Of a stretch of DNA of 64,000 nucleotides, positions 39,832 through 48,575 are shown piece after piece. The position numbers and the translations under genes are program-made. Below the pieces are notes generated by a model that was not told the origin of the DNA, searched no databases, and worked only from the letters and a program-made list of their open reading frames with translations. Position 1 is the stretch's first letter. The number at the start of each line of letters is the position of its first letter. The DNA is from an uncultured Peptococcaceae bacterium (lineage in GTDB: Bacteria; Bacillota; Dehalobacteriia; UBA7702). The stretch spans positions 13,418 to 77,417 of the forward strand of contig CAZWWH010000003.1 of the NCBI GenBank assembly GCA_964637365.1, in the 5' to 3' direction.

Positions 39832-42800
39832 TTAAAACAGCGTTGGTTCCTGTTCCTTCACGGCGGGAATTTTAATTTCCCGCAGATCCACAGTGGGAGG
39901 AAGATCCGCCAGAAAAGCGGAAGGCGCACCGCCTACGGTGATGGTGAGAGCTTCTTTGGCTCGAGTAATACCCACAAAAAAGAGGCGGCGTTCTTCGGGA
40001 ATATCGGGAGTTTCTCCCTTTCGTTCCAAGGGCAAGGTACCACGGTCCAATCCCGCTAGGAACACTACGGGGAATTCCAACCCCTTGGCGCCATGGAGGG
40101 TCATGAGGGTCACGGCGTCGGCTGTGTAAGCTGCGTTGGCCGTGCCGCTGACGCGACGCAGGTCTCCCTCCTCCCCAAGACTCAGAGCGTTTAAAAACTC
40201 CGCCATGGTAGTGTGGAACAGCGCCGTATGAATCAGACGGTTCAAAGCTTCAGTCATGGCTTGGTCCTCGGCCCAGGTTGTCAAAAGGGTTTCCGGCGTT
40301 GCCGTTTCGTACAGGGGCAGGAATTTTTCCACGGCTTTTACCCAAATCATGGCTTTGCCGAAGTGGCCCAGACCTTCGGCCAAATCAGCGGGGTTCCAAT
40401 TATCCTGCTTTGAGGCCAGTACTATCACGGCGTTGATTTCATCTTCGGCGCAGCCAAAGGACAAGCTTAGCGCTGTTCTGAGGGAAACGGTATCCCGAGG
40501 ATTCATCAGAGAGCGGAAAAAACCCAAACAGCCCCGCACCTCGTCTTGGTCCAGATAATCCTCGCGGGTGCGGATGATAGCGGGAATCCCTTCGTGAACC
40601 AGGCATTCCTCAATGAGCTTCAATTGCTTTTGGGTGCGGCAGAGTATGGCGATATCCCGCAAAGAACGGGCCGCTTCCACGTTTTTCTGATGCCGGTCCG
40701 CCGATACCATATCCACGCCGCCGCAAAGAGCGTTGATTTCCTTGGCCAGCCACACGGCTTCCCCAAAGGGAGAATGGCATTTTACCACGGAAACCTTGGC
40801 GCCACTGTCGGCGTTAGCCCGAAGGGTCCGTTCCGTTCCGCCGTTTTTGGCAATGACCTTGACGGCGCTTTCCAGAATTTCCGGGTTGGAACGGTAATTT
40901 TCCTCTAAGTGAACGACCTGAGCTTCGGGATGACTTTGGAGCAGTTCCTCAAAGCACTGGGCCTTCGCGCCGCGGAAACCGTAAATGGATTGGTCGCCGT
41001 CACCGATGACAAAAAGCTCTCCCTGACTCGCCCAATGATTCACCAAACGGTGCTGAACATCGTTGATGTCTTGAAATTCATCAACCAAAAGATAGCGGAA
41101 TTGGCTCAAGCCCTGGGGGGACATTTTGAGTCCCTCCAACAAAATATCATCCAAATCCCGACAGCCAAGGTCCGACAGACGCCGCTGGTAAGCGTCGTAA
41201 AATGTTTGGTCCCAAAGGTCCTCCCGAGGCGCCATGCCGTTTTTACAGCGGGAAATTTCTTCCCCCATGACACGCGGAGAGGTGGTAATTCCCCGCTCCT
41301 GGCAGAGCTGCCGCAGCAAATCCCGGCGTTCTCCCTGGTTCAAAAGGGGTTTTCGCGGCAGTAAATCGAGACAGACGCGGTGGAAGGTGCCTATGGCCAA
41401 CCCTTGAACAGCCTTGCGTCCACCCAGCCGCTGGATGAGCCGTTCCCGCATTTCTTGGGCTGCCTGATTGGTAAAGGTCACGGCAGTGATCTCCCGAGGG
41501 TTTACGCCTCGCGTCTCAATAAGGTAAGCGATACGCTCTACCAGGGTTCTGGTTTTCCCCGTACCGGGGCCGGCGATGACCGCCACCACAGGATTGGCGG
41601 CGGTGATGGCCGCCTGCTGACCTTGGTTGAAGGCAATCATTTCCTCCTTGGCTTTTTTCCCTTTGGAAGAGGATTGTTTCCGAGGTTTTGTCCCGGCCGA
41701 AGGCGCCATGGCTTCCGCGACAGCGTCCGCCGGCTCCCAGGCAAAGAGGCTTTGTTCCCCTCGCAGTTCCTCCAGCTCCCTGGGGGTAAAGAGGGACACG
41801 GTGCCGTATTCCCCGTCATACCCCGGGGTCAGCTTCACTTGGCCTTGGCGCAGCTTTTCCACACCTCGGGCCACGCAAAGTCCCGCGGATTTTTCGATTT
41901 CCCCAAGGGGAACGCTGCGGAGAATTTCCAGTTCTGGACCTAAATCCTCCAGCATTTGAAAGTATTCCTTCTGGGTTTTCTTACTGGCAGCGGAAACCCC
42001 CAAAGTATCGGCGATGATTTCCGTCAGGGGAATCAGCTGTTCAAAAGGCTTGTCCAAGGGAATGGGGATGTCGCGATCCGCCAGTTCCTCTACCCGATGA
42101 TCTACGCCGATGGTGATTTTTTTGCCGCAGCTGGGGCAGATACCGTCAAGGGCAATGGTTTCCTTGGGGGATAGCCGCCGCCCGCAGTTGCGGTGGCCGT
42201 CCCAATGGTATTTCCCTTCCTCGGGGAAAAATTCCAGGGTACCACCAAAGTGCTCTCCCGTTTCTATGGCCCGTCCCATGGCGGTATAAGAAAAGTCCCC
42301 GTCAAAAAGGTTGGCTTCCCGGGCTAACTTCATAGGGGAATGAGCGTCGGAATTGGAAATCAGGGTGAAGCGGTCCAAAGCCGAAACCCGGCGGTTCATG
42401 GGCGGATCCGAGGACAAACCCGTTTCCAAAGCGTGGATGTAAGGGGTCAAGTCCTCAAAGCATTCCTCAATGGTATCAAAGCCGGAAAAAGCGCCGAACA
42501 GGGAGAAATGAGGCGTCCAGATGTGAGCGGGAACAAAGATGGCCCGAGGGCAGGTCTCCAAGGTGATTTCCAGCAAATCGCGGCAGTCCAGCCCTAAAAT
42601 GGGCCTGCCGTCGGAATGAAGATTGCCGATGGCCTCCAGACGTTTGGCTAACTGATCCCCATCCTCCAGACTGGGCAGGATAATGACGTTATGAACCTTC
42701 CTGGTTTTGCCGTTCTTCTTATAAATGGAGCTGATTTCCCCCGTAACTACAAAGCGGGGTATGATGGCGTCGCCGCCAATGGACGCGGCCAGACGCTGCT

Positions 42801-43005
42801 CCTCTTTTAAGACGTAGAATCCCTCCTCTGCGGGGACAAGGGCCTCCCGCAGCTCCTGCCGCCACTGGGCGTGGGTGAAATCTCCGGTACCAATCAGATG
42901 AAGTCCCTTATACCTTGCCCAAAGGTCAAGATGTAAGGGGTCGCAGTCTCGGGAGGTGGCCCTGGAATATTTGGAATGAATATGAAGGTCGGCAATATAT
43001 TTCAT
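39832..43005 (-). CDS. Endonuclease Q-like PHP/Zn-finger domain fused to a UvrD/Rep helicase
   Basis: ADLHIHSKYS, HIWTP, ETGLS, SDAHS and HRNC..CPSC; then AGPGTGKT, DEFQD, QSIYGFRGA, NYRS and EERRLFFVGITRA. Confidence 0.92.
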   Translation of the reverse strand: MKYIADLHIHSKYSRATSRDCDPLHLDLWARYKGLHLIGTGDFTHAQWRQELREALVPAEEGFYVLKEEQRLAASIGGDAIIPRFVVTGEISSIYKKNGKTRKVHNVIILPSLEDGDQLAKRLEAIGNLHSDGRPILGLDCRDLLEITLETCPRAIFVPAHIWTPHFSLFGAFSGFDTIEECFEDLTPYIHALETGLSSDPPMNRRVSALDRFTLISNSDAHSPMKLAREANLFDGDFSYTAMGRAIETGEHFGGTLEFFPEEGKYHWDGHRNCGRRLSPKETIALDGICPSCGKKITIGVDHRVEELADRDIPIPLDKPFEQLIPLTEIIADTLGVSAASKKTQKEYFQMLEDLGPELEILRSVPLGEIEKSAGLCVARGVEKLRQGQVKLTPGYDGEYGTVSLFTPRELEELRGEQSLFAWEPADAVAEAMAPSAGTKPRKQSSSKGKKAKEEMIAFNQGQQAAITAANPVVAVIAGPGTGKTRTLVERIAYLIETRGVNPREITAVTFTNQAAQEMRERLIQRLGGRKAVQGLAIGTFHRVCLDLLPRKPLLNQGERRDLLRQLCQERGITTSPRVMGEEISRCKNGMAPREDLWDQTFYDAYQRRLSDLGCRDLDDILLEGLKMSPQGLSQFRYLLVDEFQDINDVQHRLVNHWASQGELFVIGDGDQSIYGFRGAKAQCFEELLQSHPEAQVVHLEENYRSNPEILESAVKVIAKNGGTERTLRANADSGAKVSVVKCHSPFGEAVWLAKEINALCGGVDMVSADRHQKNVEAARSLRDIAILCRTQKQLKLIEECLVHEGIPAIIRTREDYLDQDEVRGCLGFFRSLMNPRDTVSLRTALSLSFGCAEDEINAVIVLASKQDNWNPADLAEGLGHFGKAMIWVKAVEKFLPLYETATPETLLTTWAEDQAMTEALNRLIHTALFHTTMAEFLNALSLGEEGDLRRVSGTANAAYTADAVTLMTLHGAKGLEFPVVFLAGLDRGTLPLERKGETPDIPEERRLFFVGITRAKEALTITVGGAPSAFLADLPPTVDLREIKIPAVKEQEPTLF

Positions 43006-43504
43006 AAAAATAATCCTTTCTTTTCCACAGATTGCCGTATTATTCGGCGTGATTCAAAAAAGCATCAATGATATTTTCCTAACAATTATAACATAGATTA
43101 AAAACGGAAAAAACCACCATCTGTCAGATGGTGGCTTTTATCTCAGAAGGGATGAAACAATGAAAAAGGTTGTTAGGTTGGGTTTGCTTTGTTCTTTCGG
43201 GTACATTCATAATATAACGAAACTTCGTGTTTTCTCATTATCAATGGCGGGAAGATACGGAGAAGTCTTTGTGTATATTTGATGAATCATTGGCCTTGGT
43301 CCCCGGATTTTCACCGACAGGATGCTTATGACCAAGCACATCCCGAAAAAATGAAACACCCGATGGTATTCAATTCCATCAGGTGCTATGATTCATTTCA
43401 CACGCGAAAGCTTCATGATACCGAAAACGCAGAACAACCTTGCCACATAGCAGGCGTTCCCTTATTTTGGGATGATACCGCCTCTTACTGCATTTCAAAT
43501 TCCG

Positions 43505-43879
43505 TCACACCGGGACTTGAACGGTGTGGTTCTCTTCCTCCAACACAAACAAAGCCTTGGAGAGGTCGTCCTCTTTCACGAAAATATAGTCGGTGTTAAA
43601 GGTGGAAACGGCAAAAAGGGGCATATCCTCGGCAGCTAAAATCGAAGTCAAATGGGAAAGCACGCCAATCATGGAAAAATCCAGCTCCCCCTGGATTTTA
43701 AAGCAGCGCCAGCCATCCTCCCGGGCTTCGGTAAAATCCGGCACGTCGGGGGTTGGGCAGACCAGGGAAATTTCTTCATCGGTTTTGCCCACAAAGTAAT
43801 ATTTACTGCTGTATTCCAGTTGGCTTTCATCCTCCAACTTGCAAACGGTGAAGGGCTCTGCCAGTAATTTTAAATTCAT
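43505..43879 (-). CDS. ACT domain-containing protein
   Basis: TDEEISLVC, WRCFKIQGELDFSMIGVL and FAVSTFNTDYIFVK. Confidence 0.9.
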   Translation of the reverse strand: MNLKLLAEPFTVCKLEDESQLEYSSKYYFVGKTDEEISLVCPTPDVPDFTEAREDGWRCFKIQGELDFSMIGVLSHLTSILAAEDMPLFAVSTFNTDYIFVKEDDLSKALFVLEEENHTVQVPV

Positions 43880-43918
43880 AGCAACTCCTTATCTATGGCT
43901 GTTGGTAATTTTGTGTCA

Positions 43919-45190
43919 TTATTCCAAAACCAATAGGCCAAAGTATTTCACAAATTCCGTCTTATCCTTTAAGGTTCGGAGCTGGTAGCCCTGGTTTCGC
44001 ACAGTGGCAAAAACGTCGATGCCGGAGCTTTCCATGGAGGGCCGTGTGGCGGTGCATTTTTTCGGTGGCGCCGGCGGCTTACACTCGGTGCAAATGGAGC
44101 AAGGGCCGCTCCACAGCACAAATGCCTTATAATATCCTGCCTTAAAGGCGGTCTTTTCCACCTTGAGCATCATCTTCTGGAATTCCCCGGTGGGAGGTTC
44201 CCCCTCGATAAGCAGGGCTTTTTTGTATTCGCTCAGTCGTTCCTTGGTTTGATCCCAGGAGGGGCTGTTGGGAGGACAGCATTTTTCCCCATAGGTAGAA
44301 CAACCGAAACGACAGTGATCCGCCACCCAGCGGGCCAAGATCACCTCGTTGGGATCCATAGGTTTTAGAGAACGGATGTTACAGGTCTGCATCAGCTCGG
44401 CACTGAGACGGGCCAAGGGATCAATGGTGAGTTTATCCAAAATTTCCTGGGAACGGGCAGCATAAATCGCTGCTGCCGTGTCGGAAATCGGCATCATCAT
44501 CGTGGAAACAAAACCTAACTCCGTCAAAGATTTCCGAACTTCGACAGAGGAAGGCAGCGGCGCCTCCCGATGGTTGAAGCAGCGGCGCAAACGGTTGATG
44601 GCGGCGCCTTCGCTGTCAAGATCGGCAAATTCACCCAATACCACCAAATAGCCCTCCTCCGCGACGTCTTGGCAAACCTGGGCAAAGTCCTTTCCCGCTA
44701 CTACCAGGCTATATACATCACTTTCCTCCAGCTTCACCTCGTCATGACTGAGCCAGAGGGAGGCGGCAAACACGGCGCCGTCGTCATCAAAGGCCGTGAC
44801 CTTTACCGGCAAGGAGAAATCAACGCCGGTAAAATAAGGAGCCATTTCCTTCGCCAGAAACTTTTGCGGCATGGTATTGGCGACCAACGTATCGCCGCTC
44901 CAAAGACCACTGGCATGATCCAGATATTGAGCCGATACCGGAGTATTAAAAACGTAACCACCGTTGACGCCCACCAGACCCAGCTTGGCCAAGGCGCCCA
45001 GAAAAGCCTCGGTCGTGACCTGGTCAAAACCTAAAAGCGCCGGCATTTCTTCGGCCTGTTTGCCATCGCCAATGAGGGAGAATACGTCCTTCTGCATGGC
45101 AATATCCATCAGCTCCACCCTGGCGTGGCCACGCACCAAATCGGCAAGATAATTATAATTGTCGTTCTGCAAATCAAATTTATTCATCAT
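43919..45190 (-). CDS. Methyltransferase-dimerisation-like N-terminus plus DUF2284 Cys-rich domain
   Basis: C-terminal CRFGC..YG.KCCPP, GPCSICTEC and RPSMESSGIDVFATV; N-terminal AFLGALAKLGLV...FNTPVSAQYL. Confidence 0.8.
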   Translation of the reverse strand: MMNKFDLQNDNYNYLADLVRGHARVELMDIAMQKDVFSLIGDGKQAEEMPALLGFDQVTTEAFLGALAKLGLVGVNGGYVFNTPVSAQYLDHASGLWSGDTLVANTMPQKFLAKEMAPYFTGVDFSLPVKVTAFDDDGAVFAASLWLSHDEVKLEESDVYSLVVAGKDFAQVCQDVAEEGYLVVLGEFADLDSEGAAINRLRRCFNHREAPLPSSVEVRKSLTELGFVSTMMMPISDTAAAIYAARSQEILDKLTIDPLARLSAELMQTCNIRSLKPMDPNEVILARWVADHCRFGCSTYGEKCCPPNSPSWDQTKERLSEYKKALLIEGEPPTGEFQKMMLKVEKTAFKAGYYKAFVLWSGPCSICTECKPPAPPKKCTATRPSMESSGIDVFATVRNQGYQLRTLKDKTEFVKYFGLLVLE

Positions 45191-45530
45191 AGTATTCATT
45201 ATAGGGGCAATTGTTATTTTTTGCAAGAGGGAGAGCCGCACCCCTTCACTGATTTCAAAAAAACATCAAATAATATCCTTCCGTCCTTTTATATTAATAA
45301 AATAGTATTTATCAGGGATTTTGCTCTTAAAATAACTTTTCCCCAAATAATTTATAGCAACAATTTTATAATTTTATATTGAATAGCAAGGACAATCGTG
45401 ATATTAAATATAAACTCATAATAGTATTTTTATCCTTAAAAATGGAGTAGTTCCAACGTTTTTCTATAAAATGCCCGTATAACACAGCATTAACCGATAT
45501 CGTCAAAATGTAACAAGGAGGAATAAAAAA

Positions 45531-46211
45531 TTGAAATATAACAACCGCTTATGGCGGCTTTTGCTGCTGTTGGCGTTAACATTGACCCTCTGCTGCGCCT
45601 GTTCCGGAAATTCTGACTCCGATGAGCGGAAAAAAGACGAGGGACTTGCCTTCCCCTATGAATTGGATGACGGCCGTTTGGTAGTACAATCGGTAATGCA
45701 GTTCAGCGGCCCCAATGTGGATAATGAAAACAAGGAAGATGATAACATCGCTGGCCTTGTGCTGGAGAATTGCTCCGGTTCCTATTTGGAACAGGCGGAG
45801 ATTACCGTGAAATTGAAGGATGGTACCAAGCTTTCCTTTGCGGTGCAGGATCTCCCTACGGGTCTGGCAACCATTGCCTTTGAAAAGAAGAATGGTCTTT
45901 ATGAGGCTGACGCCCCTGTAAAATCCATAACGTGCAACCCCCAATACAAAGAGGGCGACGCCATGGATGCCCGTCTTACAGCCACGGCGGAAAATAATCT
46001 CATAACCGTCACCAATGGTTCTCCGGAAACGCTGAGCAATATCAAAGTGGTTTATCACACTCTTGCCGGCGATACCTATATGGGCGGCACCTCTTACAGC
46101 GTTACCATTGACGCTTTGGCCCCCAATGAAACCTTTGAACACACCGCCTCTGAATGTTGGCTGGGCATGGCCCAAATCGTCGGTGTTTTTGTGGCGGATA
46201 CCGAGGAATAA
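45531..46211 (+). CDS. Hypothetical lipoprotein
   Basis: TTG start with RBS AAGGAGG; lipobox LCCAC; beta-rich body. Confidence 0.8.
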   Translation: MKYNNRLWRLLLLLALTLTLCCACSGNSDSDERKKDEGLAFPYELDDGRLVVQSVMQFSGPNVDNENKEDDNIAGLVLENCSGSYLEQAEITVKLKDGTKLSFAVQDLPTGLATIAFEKKNGLYEADAPVKSITCNPQYKEGDAMDARLTATAENNLITVTNGSPETLSNIKVVYHTLAGDTYMGGTSYSVTIDALAPNETFEHTASECWLGMAQIVGVFVADTEE

Positions 46212-46269
46212 ATCAACAAAATGAAAAAACGCTATGATGAAAATTGAAAGGAAAAATAGAAAGGAAATT

Positions 46270-46494
46270 ATGATGAAAAAGACGTACAAAAAACCAACTG
46301 TTTATGTGGAGTCCTTTGAACTGTGCAAGCATATTGCGTCATGCGGCATACAAGTTGAAAACGGCAACACGATCATTTCTCCCGGAGGTGCTCCCATAAC
46401 AATTTTCGCAGCAGGGAGCTGTGATAACGCCCCAGAATCCTTCGGATATTGCTACACCAACGGCGCCGGTGACAAGGCTCTTTTCAACTCCTAA
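46270..46494 (+). CDS. Putative RiPP precursor peptide (74 aa)
   Basis: MMKKTYKKPTVYVESFELCKHIASCGIQ...GSCDNAPESFGYCYTNGAGDKALFNS; RBS AAGGA; YxxP leader motif; TAATG overlap with the next gene. Confidence 0.8.
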   Translation: MMKKTYKKPTVYVESFELCKHIASCGIQVENGNTIISPGGAPITIFAAGSCDNAPESFGYCYTNGAGDKALFNS

Positions 46495-47351
46495 TGTCCT
46501 ACTGCTGCAATTTTATTTTGGCAGACTGCGTGATTGCCATAGAAACGGATTTTCCGGTACCTATATCATCGCGGTTTGAGCCGTTTCTCACCAACGCCTC
46601 AGCGGATTTCACAGTTTCTTTTCAGCAAACGGCCTCTTTACCATCCTTGGACGGAGAAACGCTAACGGCGGACGATACTCGCATGGCCCTGGCATACCGC
46701 CAGCGCGATCAGGTAGTTTACGCGCTGTGCCGCGATTCCTACCAAAAGGCCATCGCTCATGTTACGGTGGATTACCGGAACCGACGCGGGGTCGTTCGGT
46801 ATCTTCCCGGCAATAAAAACCGCTTCCAAACCATGGACGCCTGTTTTGACAGCTTCGGTTTGGAGCATGCCATGATGGCTCTGGATACTTTTGTGGTACA
46901 TGCTTCCTTCATTCGCTACCAAGGAAAAGGATATCTCTTTATGGGGCCTTCGGGCATTGGCAAATCCACTGCCGCCAAGGTATGGACCGACCATACAGAA
47001 GCAGAGCTTTTAAACGGCGACCGCGTCTTGGTGAGGAAGATCAACGGCGTCTGGCAAGGCTTTGGCTCTCCCTTTGCGGGCTCTTCCCAATGCCATAAAA
47101 ACGAGTCTGCCTCCATCGCCGCAGTCATTGCCCTTTGCCGCGAAGACAGCTCCTTCCAAAGGATCACGCCGGGTCAAGGCTTTCGTTCCCTTTACATCAA
47201 TACGGCTGTATGCCCCTGGGATGAAAGATACCACAGCCGCGCACTGAACCTGCTGGACGCAGCAGCCAAGGAACTGCTCTTTTACCGCATGAGCGCCCCG
47301 CCCGATGAACGCATGATATCCCTGATGAAAAACGGGCTGAATTTATTATGA
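46494..47351 (+). CDS. HPr-kinase-like P-loop protein
   Basis: HAS...G.GYLFMGPSGIGKST and LLNGDR. Confidence 0.8.
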   Translation: MSYCCNFILADCVIAIETDFPVPISSRFEPFLTNASADFTVSFQQTASLPSLDGETLTADDTRMALAYRQRDQVVYALCRDSYQKAIAHVTVDYRNRRGVVRYLPGNKNRFQTMDACFDSFGLEHAMMALDTFVVHASFIRYQGKGYLFMGPSGIGKSTAAKVWTDHTEAELLNGDRVLVRKINGVWQGFGSPFAGSSQCHKNESASIAAVIALCREDSSFQRITPGQGFRSLYINTAVCPWDERYHSRALNLLDAAAKELLFYRMSAPPDERMISLMKNGLNLL

Positions 47352-48484
47352 CAAATGAACGCTTAGAACCGCAGTTAACTTCATATTTATTTGCCAAGGC
47401 GGCCCAAAGCCACACCCCCATCTGCGGTACCTTTGAAGTGACCCCCCTTTGCAATTTCAACTGCCCCATGTGCTATGTACACATGACAAAGGAGCAGATG
47501 AAGGATACGGGACGCCGCCCTTTGACCGCTGATCAATGGCAGGATATCGCCGCCCAGGGAAGAGACAAGGGACTGCTGTATTTACTCCTCACCGGTGGCG
47601 AGCCGTTTCTCTATCCCGGCTTCCGTCAGTTGTATGAGGCCTTAGCTGACATGGGGTTCATTATCAGCATCAACTCCAATGGCAGTCTCATCGATGAGGA
47701 AACCGTATCTTGGCTCCGCCGTAAGCCGCCGTCCCGCATCAATATCACTCTTTATGGAGTTACCAACGAGACCTACCGTCGCCTTTGCGGCGATCCACAG
47801 GGCTTCGCGAAAGTCTCCGCCGCCATTGACCGCTTGCGGGACGCCGATATCCCTCTGAAACTCAACTGCAGTCTCATCCCCCATAACGCCAAAGAGCTTC
47901 CTCAAATCGTTTCCTTTGCCCAGGAGCGGGAACTGATTGTAGAAATCACACCCTATATGTTCCCGGCTCATCGATGTTCTGAAAAAAATGTGGGCCAAAA
48001 CACCCGCTTCACCCCGGAGGAAACCGCCCGCTACGCTTTGGAAATTCAGCGGCTGCAAACGGGAGAAGACGGGCTGCGCCGTTACGCCGAGCAAATCCTG
48101 CAAGGTTCGGCGCCCTCTTTCCTTGAGGACTGTGCTGAGATTTCTGCCGATGGCTCTATCCGCTGCCGTGCGGGACGAGCCACCTTTTGGCTGACCTGGT
48201 ACGGCATGATGACCCCCTGCGGCATGATGACAGGTCCCGCTGTGGGGCTTTTGGGCCGTTCTTTTGAAGAAGCCTGGCAGGAACTGACGGAGAAAACCGC
48301 CAAGATTCGTCTTTCCGGTCACTGCGCCCGCTGCGGCAGCAAGGAGATATGTCACGCCTGCGCCGCCATGGCCCAGGCCGAAACAGGTTCCTTTGCGGAA
48401 ACCCCACAATACCTCTGCCGCATGACCGAAACCCTGCGCTCCTTGGCGCAAGAACTTTTGGAAAATAATCTGCAGTTACGGTAA
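47348..48484 (+). CDS. Radical SAM/SPASM-domain protein
   Basis: CNFNCPMC and LTGGEP; SPASM cysteines CRAG..MTPC..CARC..ICHAC..LC. Confidence 0.93.
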   Translation: MTNERLEPQLTSYLFAKAAQSHTPICGTFEVTPLCNFNCPMCYVHMTKEQMKDTGRRPLTADQWQDIAAQGRDKGLLYLLLTGGEPFLYPGFRQLYEALADMGFIISINSNGSLIDEETVSWLRRKPPSRINITLYGVTNETYRRLCGDPQGFAKVSAAIDRLRDADIPLKLNCSLIPHNAKELPQIVSFAQERELIVEITPYMFPAHRCSEKNVGQNTRFTPEETARYALEIQRLQTGEDGLRRYAEQILQGSAPSFLEDCAEISADGSIRCRAGRATFWLTWYGMMTPCGMMTGPAVGLLGRSFEEAWQELTEKTAKIRLSGHCARCGSKEICHACAAMAQAETGSFAETPQYLCRMTETLRSLAQELLENNLQLR

Positions 48485-48575
48485 CTATGGTAATTCATGT
48501 AGTGTACTGCATTTCATATATATATAATTAAGGAAATCATACGTGAGAACCAAATTTTCACAAGGAGGAAACATT

